The translations under genes and the position numbers were made by a program. Below, in pieces: positions 55,886 to 64,000 of a DNA stretch of 64,000 nucleotides. This stretch comes from Acidobacteriota bacterium (GTDB lineage Bacteria > Acidobacteriota > CAIWXX01). How positions within the stretch are numbered: position 1 is the first letter of the stretch; each line of letters starts with the position of its first letter. The notes below the pieces were generated by a model. That model was not told where the DNA came from. It saw nothing but the letters and a program-made list of their open reading frames with translations, and did no database searches. The stretch covers positions 35,067-99,066 of the forward strand of contig JBFMAF010000044.1 of assembly GCA_040755995.1 (NCBI GenBank), written 5' to 3'.

Positions 55886-57524
55886 AGGCAGGGAGCAAGT
55901 CGGGGCGCGGTGGGAGCGCACGGGACGGGGGTGTGGACGGAGGAGAGTACTGTTTGGCGCCTCACTTTCTTCCGCGGCAATGCTGTGCTGCGCAGTCGCC
56001 CATTCGGCCGCCGCGACTGCACCGCAGACGCAGCCCAAGGCGGTTCGAATCACGCTGGCGGAGGCGCTGAGACTGACACTGGAGCAGAACCAGCAGATCA
56101 GGAGCGAGCGGGGGAGGGTCGCCATCTACCAGGGCGCGGCCATCCAGGCGCAGGGGGCCTTCGACCTGCAGCTGAGCGCGTCAGCCAATGGCAGGCACAC
56201 GGAGACGCCGATCTACGTGCACGCGGGGAAGACGCCCGTACTCTTCACGGAAGAGCGGGACGAGGTGGCATCCGCATTGGAGGTGAGGCAGCTCCTTCCG
56301 TCTGGCATCACTCTCTCTCCTGCGATCCAGCTCGATCGTACATCCGACAACACCGGTCAGACCGTCAGGCAGACCGCGTACACGGGCGGCCTGTCTGTGG
56401 ATGTTCCATTGCTTCGCGGCAGCGGCAGCCGTGCGGTAACGGCGCCTGCGAGGTCGGCGTGGAACATGGAGCAATCAGCCAGGTCCTCCCTCAGCGCCAC
56501 GATCGCCCAGCAGTGCCTCACCACCATCATCTACTACTGGGAGTGTCTTGCGGCCGAGCGCATGTTGGCCATAATGCAGGAGTCCGAGCAGCGTGCCTAC
56601 AGGTACCTCGATCTCACGCGCTCGCTCATCGAGGGCTACGTCCAGCCGGCCTCGATGCTGCAGCAGGCCCAGGCCACCGTGAACCAGGCAGTTGCCGATC
56701 GCATCATGTACGAGAACAGCTATTCTACATCCGTAGAATCGCTGACCTCGGCGCTCGGGTGGCTAGTCTCCGCCGACCATGCAGTGCCATTGCCGGCGGA
56801 GGATTTCCCCGACTTGAAGGGGTTTGCGCCGCCGGCACCCGGTTCCTACCAACAACTAGTGGATATTGCGTTCAAGAACCGGCCGGACCTTGAAGCGGCT
56901 CGACAGAATGAAGAAGCCAGTATCATTCTCCTGGACGCTTACAAGAACAACCTGCGGCCACAACTGGACCTCACGCTGGTCGGAGGAGTGGCGGGCACGG
57001 ACGACTCGAGCTACTTCGGCGCGCTGGTCAGCAACCTGAAGGGGCCGAGCTTCACGGGCAACCTCTCGTTCCAGTGGCCGGTGCAGAACCGCTCGGCCAT
57101 CGGACAGCTGACGACGCAGCAAGGAGCTGTCGAGCAGGCGAAGGCCAGCAACGAGCAGGCCCGCATAAGTGCCGCATCCGCCGTCCTTGCAGACTCGGCG
57201 GTGCTGGACAGAGCGTTGACCGAGTTGAGCAGGCGGGTGGAAGCTGTGGGATTGTACCGGCAGAGCGAGCAGAATCTGGAGGAGCAGTTCAAGCTGGGCA
57301 TGGCCACGATGGTGGATCTGACACTGATCCAGGACAAGCTGGCAAGCGCACAGCTGAACGAGATCAACGCCCGGCTGGCAGTCATGATAGACATAGCGCA
57401 GATACACTACGATATGGGCACGCTCGTGCTCTCGACCCCTGACGGCCCGAAGATCAGGGAGATCTATAGCCCGTCCGCCGGAGTGATCTGGCCGGTAGCG
57501 CCGGGAGGGGAGACGCAGCCATGA
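55851..57524 (+). CDS. tolC: TolC-family outer membrane efflux protein (start uncertain)
   Basis: ITLAEAL, AQGAFD, VPLLRG, NRPDLEAA, PQLDL, QFKLGMAT..DL; lies upstream of the membrane-fusion protein. Confidence 0.85.
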   Translation: MEMGALTAMGFEGREQVGARWERTGRGCGRRRVLFGASLSSAAMLCCAVAHSAAATAPQTQPKAVRITLAEALRLTLEQNQQIRSERGRVAIYQGAAIQAQGAFDLQLSASANGRHTETPIYVHAGKTPVLFTEERDEVASALEVRQLLPSGITLSPAIQLDRTSDNTGQTVRQTAYTGGLSVDVPLLRGSGSRAVTAPARSAWNMEQSARSSLSATIAQQCLTTIIYYWECLAAERMLAIMQESEQRAYRYLDLTRSLIEGYVQPASMLQQAQATVNQAVADRIMYENSYSTSVESLTSALGWLVSADHAVPLPAEDFPDLKGFAPPAPGSYQQLVDIAFKNRPDLEAARQNEEASIILLDAYKNNLRPQLDLTLVGGVAGTDDSSYFGALVSNLKGPSFTGNLSFQWPVQNRSAIGQLTTQQGAVEQAKASNEQARISAASAVLADSAVLDRALTELSRRVEAVGLYRQSEQNLEEQFKLGMATMVDLTLIQDKLASAQLNEINARLAVMIDIAQIHYDMGTLVLSTPDGPKIREIYSPSAGVIWPVAPGGETQP

Positions 57525-58789
57525 CGGAGCCGAGCAGCGAACAACTCTTCAGGAAGGGTACTGTCGACCGCCTTTCCTCTCCCGACCAGCTGGACACGGC
57601 GATCTCGATAACGAGGCCTGTGGGATGGCTGGCCCTGTGGACGATCTCCCTGATTGTGCTGGTCGCGCTCATCTGGGCGATCTTCGGCAGGATACCCTCT
57701 ACGATCACCGGCGGAGGCATACTCCTGCGCGGCGGGAAGCTGATGCAGGTCGTGACCCAGGGAGCTGGGCAGGTGACGAAGCTCAATGTCAAGATCGGCG
57801 ACCGGGTCCACGCGCGCCAGGTGGTCGGCACCATCCGGCAACCGCTGCTGGATGCGCGCATCGCGAATCAGACCCACATGGTGGCCCAGTTCGCAAAGAA
57901 CCGGGATAACGTCGAGCGCGGCCAGCGAGAGCAGTTGAACAGGCAGCTGGACTACTACACACAGCAGCGCACCGCATTGAAGAAGAACATACAAGACTAC
58001 GAGATCCAGGTGGATTCGCTGAAGCGCATCGTCGATTCGCAGCAGCAGCTGCTCAAGAAGGGCTTGATCACGGAGCCCACGCTTCTGCAGACGCGCGGCC
58101 AGATGTACCAGGCTGAGATGGACGTTCTCAATGCGCGGAACCAGCAGGCCATGATCGACACACAGGAGACGCAGGCGAGGAACACGGCGGAGCAGGCGAT
58201 CTTCGCGGCCGAACAGAACTACCTCCAGGCCGTTCAGGCGCTGGCCGAGCTGAAGGTGCAGCTCGATGTCGGCTCGCAGCTCATCAGCGAGTACGACGGC
58301 GTAGTCGCGGACATTGCCGCGCTTGAGGGCGAGGCGGTCTCGCTCAACAGTCCCGTCATCACGCTCGAAGAGAGCGGCAGCTCCATGCGCGCCGTGATCT
58401 ACTTCAACGCCAAGCAGGGGAAGGAGGCGCAGGTGGGCATGGCGGCCCGCGTGTCTCCCACCACAGCCCCGTCCGAAGAGTACGGCCAGATGCTGGGCAC
58501 GGTCACGTTCGTGTCGAGCGTGCCGTCCTCGGTGGCGAGCATGAACGCGCTGCTGCAAAACGAAAGCCTCGTGCAGATGCTCTCGGCCGGAGGCGCCCCG
58601 ATTCGTGCGGACGTCGAGCTGGTCGAGGAGCCGGACAGCCGCAGCGGGTTCAAGTGGTCCTCCTCGCAGGGGCCGCCGATCAGGATCACCGCGGGCTCGG
58701 TCTGCACGGCCAATATCATCGTGCGTGAAGTGCCGCCAATCACCCTGGTGGTCCCGTTCCTCAAGAAGCTCTTCGGCATAGCGGACTGA
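57521..58789 (+). CDS. NHLP bacteriocin system secretion (HlyD-type membrane fusion) protein
   Basis: LFRK..DRLSSPDQLD, WAIFGRIP, EEYGQMLG.V, SGFKWSSSQGPP, PITLVVP. Confidence 0.92.
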   Translation: MTEPSSEQLFRKGTVDRLSSPDQLDTAISITRPVGWLALWTISLIVLVALIWAIFGRIPSTITGGGILLRGGKLMQVVTQGAGQVTKLNVKIGDRVHARQVVGTIRQPLLDARIANQTHMVAQFAKNRDNVERGQREQLNRQLDYYTQQRTALKKNIQDYEIQVDSLKRIVDSQQQLLKKGLITEPTLLQTRGQMYQAEMDVLNARNQQAMIDTQETQARNTAEQAIFAAEQNYLQAVQALAELKVQLDVGSQLISEYDGVVADIAALEGEAVSLNSPVITLEESGSSMRAVIYFNAKQGKEAQVGMAARVSPTTAPSEEYGQMLGTVTFVSSVPSSVASMNALLQNESLVQMLSAGGAPIRADVELVEEPDSRSGFKWSSSQGPPIRITAGSVCTANIIVREVPPITLVVPFLKKLFGIAD

Positions 58790-58791
58790 CC

Positions 58792-60954
58792 GTGGCCTCC
58801 ACACGCCGAGTACGCACTCCGACGATGTTGCAGTTCGAGGCAACGGAGTGCGGAGCTGCCTCGCTGGGCATCATCCTGGGATACTACAAGAAGTTCCTGC
58901 CGCTCGAGGAGCTGCGCGTCCTCTGTGGCGTCTCGCGCGACGGCAGCAGGGCAATAAACGTGGTCAAGGCCGCCAGGCAGCTCGGCATGACCGCCGATGG
59001 TGCCAAGTATGAACTGTCGGAGCTGGCGGAACTCAAGCCTCCATACATCGTCTTCTGGAACTTCAATCACTTCCTCGTGGTAGAGGGATTCGGGCGAGGC
59101 AAGGTGTACCTCAACGATCCGGCGCAGGGACCTCGTACCGTGAGCCTCGAAGAATTCGACAAGGGGTTCACGGGTGTCGTTATCGAGATGAGCCCCGGCC
59201 CGGAGTTTCGCCCCGGCGGCCAGCGCCCCCGCCTCTGGCCTGCGCTGCGTGCGCGGCTGCGCGGATGCGAGGGAGCGATGGTGTACGTCGTCTTGACCGG
59301 GATGCTGCTGGTCGTGCCGGGAGTGCTGACACCCGCGTTCAAGCAGGTATTCATCGACGAGTACCTGGTGCGGGAGCTGGTGCAATGGGTCAAGCCGATG
59401 CTCTGGATCATGCTCGCAACCACCGCCGTGCTTGGCGCCACCACGTGGCTGCAGCAGTACTACCTCATCCGGTTCCAGACCAAGCTGGCGGTCACCACGT
59501 CCAGCAGCTTCTTGTGGCACATCCTGCGGCTCCCCCTGGAGTTCTTCTCGCAACGGTTTGCAGGCGAGATCGGCAGCCGCGTCGCCTTGAATGATGCAGT
59601 CGCCGGCATGCTTTCGGGCCAACTGGCGACCACCATCGTCAACCTCATGGTCATCTTCGCATATGCCTCGCTGTTGCTGGCCGACGAATGGGTGCTCACC
59701 TTGATTGGCGTCACCATGGCGTCGCTGAACCTCATCGCGCTCAAGGTGGTCTCCAGGAAGCGCGTGGACGGCAACAGGCGCCTCATCCAGAACCGCGGCC
59801 GGCTGACCGCTACAACGATGTCAGGCCTGCAGCTGATAGAAACGATCAAGGCCACCGCAATGGAGGATGACTATTTTGCCAAGTTCGCCGGACAGCAGGC
59901 GATGCTGGTGAACGCCGACCAGGCACTCAGCCGCTGGACGCGACTCCTTTCGCACGTGCCGATTCTGCTCTCATCTCTGAACGGGTGCGCCATCCTCTGC
60001 CTCGGCGCATACGACGTCATCAGCGGACGGATGTCCGTCGGAACCATGGTGGCATTCCAGGCGCTGATGGGGCTCTTCATATCGCCCTTCTCGGATCTGG
60101 TGGACATGGGCAGCACCGTCCAGGAGACCTCTGGCAACATCAACCGCCTCGACGACGTTCTTCACTCCAAACTCGACCGCTACGCTCCCGACGTCCTGGT
60201 CGCTCCCAGGCTCTCGTCCTTCCCCCGGCCGCTGCTGGATGGGAGGCTCGAGCTGCGCAAGGTCACATTCGGATACAGCAGGCTCGACGAGCCGTTGATC
60301 TCCGAGTTCGATCTCACGTTGACGCCCGGCAAGCGGGTAGCGCTCGTCGGGAGGTCTGGAAGCGGCAAGTCCACGATGGCCAACCTGGTCTGCGGCTTCT
60401 TTCTCCCCTGGTCCGGAGAGATACTGTTCGACGGGATGTCGCGTGAGGAGATCCCGGTCGAGATTTTCCGGCGCTCGGTCTCCATCGTGAGCCAGGACAT
60501 TTTTCTGTTCGAGGGGACGGTGATGGAGAACCTGACCATGTGGGACCCTTCGATCCCCGAGAAGAACGTGGTCAGTGCGGCGATGGACGCGTGCATACAC
60601 GACGTCATCGTGGCCCGCCCGGGCGGGTACTACAGCCATGTGGAAGAGGCCGGAGCCAACTTCAGCGGAGGCCAGCGCCAGCGGCTGGAACTAGCACGGT
60701 CGCTTGTCTCGTCGCCAAGCTTGGTTGTGCTCGACGAGGCCACCAGCGCCCTGGACCCGATCACTGAATACACGATCGACACCAATCTGAGGCGGCGCGG
60801 GTGCGCTTGCCTTCTAATCGCGCACCGGTTGAGCACCATCAGGGACTGCAACGAGATCATCGTGCTCAGCAAGGGAAAGGTCGTAGAACGTGGGACGCAC
60901 GAAGAGATGGCTGCCCGCAAGGGGCCGTACTACGAGCTGATCTCCGTCGAGTAG
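58792..60954 (+). CDS. NHLP-family ABC exporter with C39 peptidase/permease/ATPase
   Basis: TPTMLQFEATECGAASL, CGVSRDGS, WNFNHFLV, NDPA.G; Walker A GRSGSGKS; FSGGQRQRLE; LDEATS. Confidence 0.95.
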   Translation: MASTRRVRTPTMLQFEATECGAASLGIILGYYKKFLPLEELRVLCGVSRDGSRAINVVKAARQLGMTADGAKYELSELAELKPPYIVFWNFNHFLVVEGFGRGKVYLNDPAQGPRTVSLEEFDKGFTGVVIEMSPGPEFRPGGQRPRLWPALRARLRGCEGAMVYVVLTGMLLVVPGVLTPAFKQVFIDEYLVRELVQWVKPMLWIMLATTAVLGATTWLQQYYLIRFQTKLAVTTSSSFLWHILRLPLEFFSQRFAGEIGSRVALNDAVAGMLSGQLATTIVNLMVIFAYASLLLADEWVLTLIGVTMASLNLIALKVVSRKRVDGNRRLIQNRGRLTATTMSGLQLIETIKATAMEDDYFAKFAGQQAMLVNADQALSRWTRLLSHVPILLSSLNGCAILCLGAYDVISGRMSVGTMVAFQALMGLFISPFSDLVDMGSTVQETSGNINRLDDVLHSKLDRYAPDVLVAPRLSSFPRPLLDGRLELRKVTFGYSRLDEPLISEFDLTLTPGKRVALVGRSGSGKSTMANLVCGFFLPWSGEILFDGMSREEIPVEIFRRSVSIVSQDIFLFEGTVMENLTMWDPSIPEKNVVSAAMDACIHDVIVARPGGYYSHVEEAGANFSGGQRQRLELARSLVSSPSLVVLDEATSALDPITEYTIDTNLRRRGCACLLIAHRLSTIRDCNEIIVLSKGKVVERGTHEEMAARKGPYYELISVE

Positions 60955-60963
60955 AGAGGCAGG

Positions 60964-63879
60964 ATGCAGCCCGTGACACAGTCCATGCAAGAGCTCGCGC
61001 CGGGCTTGTTCCCGCACGAGCTGCGAGTCTCGGCGAATGATGAGTGGCTGCTGGAGGACGCGGAGTCTGCCTGGATGGTCGTGGATGGAGACATCAACGT
61101 GTTCGTCGTGCGCGTGGAGAACGGGTCAGTCACGGGCTCCCGTCACTTCCTCAGGCAAGCGTCGAAGGGCGAGATCCTGTTCAGCTATTCCGCACCCGCT
61201 GCCGGTGTCCACCTCGGCCTTTGCGCGGTCTCTTCCGGCAGGGCCACGGTGCGCAGAGGAAAGGCTGCGGACATCGTGGCTGCGGCAGGGAGGTTCGAGG
61301 CGGTCGCGCTGTTGCTGGATCGGTGGATTGGCGAGGTCACATCCATACTTACGCGCGCGAACGTCGGCCAGCTCCCGCCGATGCGCATCTGCGAGGAACC
61401 GGGTGAGATGGCTCTGGAAGCCGGCTCGGGGGTCACCGCGGCCGGGGGTGTGTGGGCAGTGCGCTTTGCCGAGGGCAGCGGCCACTATATCTCGGAGCCG
61501 ACAGCGAAGGCCGACACGACCACTGGCTGGCACTTTCTGACTCCAAACTCATGGCTGGTGGCGATGGAACCGTCGAGAGTGCAGGCCGTAACCGCAGCCC
61601 AGCTCTATGGCGCACCCGACGCTGCGCGCGCATTCTCCAGCTTCATCATGACCCTGTTCTCGATAATGCAGGAGAGAGGCGCGCTGCTCAGGGCGGAGGA
61701 GATGGCGCGACTGGCCACACGCGACCGGGTCATGCATGAGGCGTTCGAACAGACGCTCAGACAGGAAGCCCGCTTGCTGGATGTGCGCCGGCGGAACCGC
61801 ATGGCTTTCAGCAGCGGCGAGGATCGGCTCTTCGCGGCATGCATGGTCATCGGAACACAGCTTGGGATTACGTTCACCCGCCCGCCTGACCGCCCCGACA
61901 CATTCAGGGACAAGGACCCGGTGCAGGCAATCGCGCGAGCTTCCCATGTGCGAATCCGCGAGATCCAGCTGGAGGGCAGATGGTGGGGTCATGAGCGTGG
62001 ATATCTGCTCGGCTCTTTCGGCGGAGAGAACCACCCGGTCGCACTGCTGCCCGGACCGCGCGGCCGGTACCGTATGGTGGACCCGATGGATGGGCAGCCG
62101 AGAAAGGTGGATGCGGAGCTTGCCCGGCAGATCGCGCCACACGCATACATGTTCTATCGGCCGCTGCCGGAGGGCTCGCTCAGAGGCAAGGACATAGTCA
62201 AGTATTCTCTCAAAGGATGCGGCCGGGACGCGGCCACGGTCATCACGATGGGGGTTCTCGGCGGTCTCCTGGGCATGCTGGTCCCGATCATAACAAACGT
62301 AATCTTCAGCCATGTGATACCGATGGCCGACGTGAACCAGCTCTGGCACATTGGGCTCGGTCTCATCGTGGCGGGGCTGTCCGGCACTATCTTCAGCGTG
62401 ACCTCCGCGGTGGCCATGCTGCGGATCGAAGGGCGCGGCGACAATGCCCTCCAAGCCGCCGTCTGGGACAGGCTCCTCTCGCTGCCGACGCGGTTCTTCC
62501 GGCAGTTCACCGCCGGCGATCTCGCGAGCCGTGCCATAGGCATCAACAGCCTGCGCCAGGCGCTCTCCGGTACCGTAATGAGCTCACTCCTCAGCGGCGT
62601 CTTCTCGGTCTTCAACCTGGCCCTGTTGTTCTACTACAGCTGGAAGATGGCAGTCCTCGCGGCGATTCTGTCGCTGATAGCAGCCGGTGGTACTTATTGG
62701 GTCTCGCGCACCCAGTTAAAATACCAGCGGACCAGCGCGGATATCCAGGGACGTCTCTCGGGTTTGACCCTCCAGTTGATCTCATCGGTTGCCAAGCTGA
62801 GGATTACCGGGAGCGAGAAGATGGCTTTCTCGCTCTGGTGCAACTCCTTCCTGAACAAGAAACGTGTGGACATCAGGGCAGCGAAAGCGGGTGCAGCGGG
62901 GGCAACGTTCAACGGGCTCTATCCGCTGTTCTGCCTGCTATGCACGTTCACCGTGTTCTTCATGTTCTGGAGAAACGAGCTGACTACGGGACAATTCCTG
63001 GCCTACAACGCGGCGTTCAGCCAGTTCATGTCCGCGCTCCTCGGCATGGCCGGAAGCTTCATCGCGATCTACAAAGCGCGCCCCTTCTACGAGCGGGCGA
63101 AGCCGATCTTCGAGGCCCAGCCAGAAGTCCATTCGGGTTCGCTCGACCCGGGCGAGATCAGCGGGAACGTCGATGTGAGCCACGTCTCGTTCAGGTACTC
63201 GCCCGACGGCCCACTCGTGCTCAAAGACCTCTCCTTCACCGTCCAGCCCGGCGAGTTCCTGGCGATCGTAGGCCCCTCGGGTTCCGGCAAGTCTACTCTC
63301 ATGCGTCTGCTGCTCGGGTTCGACACCCCCGAGAGCGGCGAAGTGTACTACGACGGCAAAGACGTCAGGAAGCTCGACCTGGTCGCGCTGCGCCGCCAAC
63401 TCAGCGTGGTGCTCCAGAACGGCAGAGTGTTCTCGGGCGACATCTACCAGAACATCGTCGGAGCGATGCGTTTCTCGGTCGACGATGCGTGGGAAGCCGC
63501 AAGAGAAGCGGGCATGGATGAGGACATCCAGTCCATGCCCATGGGAATGCACACGCACATCTCAGAAGGTGGGACCAACCTCTCTGGCGGCCAGCGCCAG
63601 CGGCTCATGATCGCCAGGGCCCTCGTACGCAAGCCGAGAATCGTTCTCCTGGACGAGGCGACGAGTGCGCTGGACAACAGGACACAGGCGATCGTCACGA
63701 CCACCCTCCAGGGACTCCGCGCCACCCGGATAATCATCGCCCACCGGTTGAGCACAATCATGGGGGCCAGCAGGATCATCGTTCTCCAGGATGGACAGAT
63801 CGTCCAGTCGGGCCTCTACAACGAGCTGCTCGAGACGCCCGGGCCCTTCCGCGACCTGAGCCGCCGGCAGATGATCTAG
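60964..63879 (+). CDS. NHLP bacteriocin ABC exporter permease/ATPase (second subunit, no peptidase Cys)
   Basis: LQAAVWDRLLSLP, GDLASR, GPSGSGKST, LSGGQRQR, DEATSALDN. Confidence 0.93.
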   Translation: MQPVTQSMQELAPGLFPHELRVSANDEWLLEDAESAWMVVDGDINVFVVRVENGSVTGSRHFLRQASKGEILFSYSAPAAGVHLGLCAVSSGRATVRRGKAADIVAAAGRFEAVALLLDRWIGEVTSILTRANVGQLPPMRICEEPGEMALEAGSGVTAAGGVWAVRFAEGSGHYISEPTAKADTTTGWHFLTPNSWLVAMEPSRVQAVTAAQLYGAPDAARAFSSFIMTLFSIMQERGALLRAEEMARLATRDRVMHEAFEQTLRQEARLLDVRRRNRMAFSSGEDRLFAACMVIGTQLGITFTRPPDRPDTFRDKDPVQAIARASHVRIREIQLEGRWWGHERGYLLGSFGGENHPVALLPGPRGRYRMVDPMDGQPRKVDAELARQIAPHAYMFYRPLPEGSLRGKDIVKYSLKGCGRDAATVITMGVLGGLLGMLVPIITNVIFSHVIPMADVNQLWHIGLGLIVAGLSGTIFSVTSAVAMLRIEGRGDNALQAAVWDRLLSLPTRFFRQFTAGDLASRAIGINSLRQALSGTVMSSLLSGVFSVFNLALLFYYSWKMAVLAAILSLIAAGGTYWVSRTQLKYQRTSADIQGRLSGLTLQLISSVAKLRITGSEKMAFSLWCNSFLNKKRVDIRAAKAGAAGATFNGLYPLFCLLCTFTVFFMFWRNELTTGQFLAYNAAFSQFMSALLGMAGSFIAIYKARPFYERAKPIFEAQPEVHSGSLDPGEISGNVDVSHVSFRYSPDGPLVLKDLSFTVQPGEFLAIVGPSGSGKSTLMRLLLGFDTPESGEVYYDGKDVRKLDLVALRRQLSVVLQNGRVFSGDIYQNIVGAMRFSVDDAWEAAREAGMDEDIQSMPMGMHTHISEGGTNLSGGQRQRLMIARALVRKPRIVLLDEATSALDNRTQAIVTTTLQGLRATRIIIAHRLSTIMGASRIIVLQDGQIVQSGLYNELLETPGPFRDLSRRQMI

Positions 63880-64000
63880 CGAGGCGGGGCCTCAGACCGA
63901 TGAACCATGCCAGGCCGCTTTGGCCCCGCCTCGCGTCGAGAGTCGACAGTCGAGAGTTGGGAGTGACTACCGTGGGAATTCAGAGCGAATGACGCGACGT

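Overview
High-GC chromosomal window from a diderm (TolC present), probably anaerobic or facultative bacterium (glycyl radical enzyme present). The taxon cannot be determined from the sequence. The window holds three separate candidate radical-SAM peptide/protein-modification systems. (1) 43.7-63.9 kb is a polytheonamide/proteusin-type RiPP cluster: one Nif11-leader precursor with an acidic, Thr/Val-rich 40-aa core, a PoyD-like radical-SAM epimerase, five tandem cobalamin-dependent radical-SAM C-methyltransferases, TolC and an NHLP-type three-gene exporter. It may continue past the window edge. (2) 23.4-30.4 kb is an operon in which a 938-aa membrane protein ends in a (CHSA)n Cys/His tail, followed by an RRE-radical SAM/SPASM enzyme and a coiled-coil/zinc-ribbon protein. 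(3) 10-18.8 kb has an S26-like peptidase, PqqD, a gingipain-like C25 protease, a 61-aa YxxP-leader precursor, a radical SAM/SPASM enzyme and an HprK-like protein. Other content: a GH99-like hydrolase, ECF sigma/anti-sigma, FHA-sigma54 activator, trpF-like, hslR, two type II toxin-antitoxin pairs, an SCP2-fused glycyl radical enzyme with its activase, DUF72, pcnB, a double-FHA protein, tRNA-fMet, several peptidases (M3-like, M20, tricorn) and a dispersed octamer repeat family. All family assignments come from motif recognition by eye; no database searches were run.
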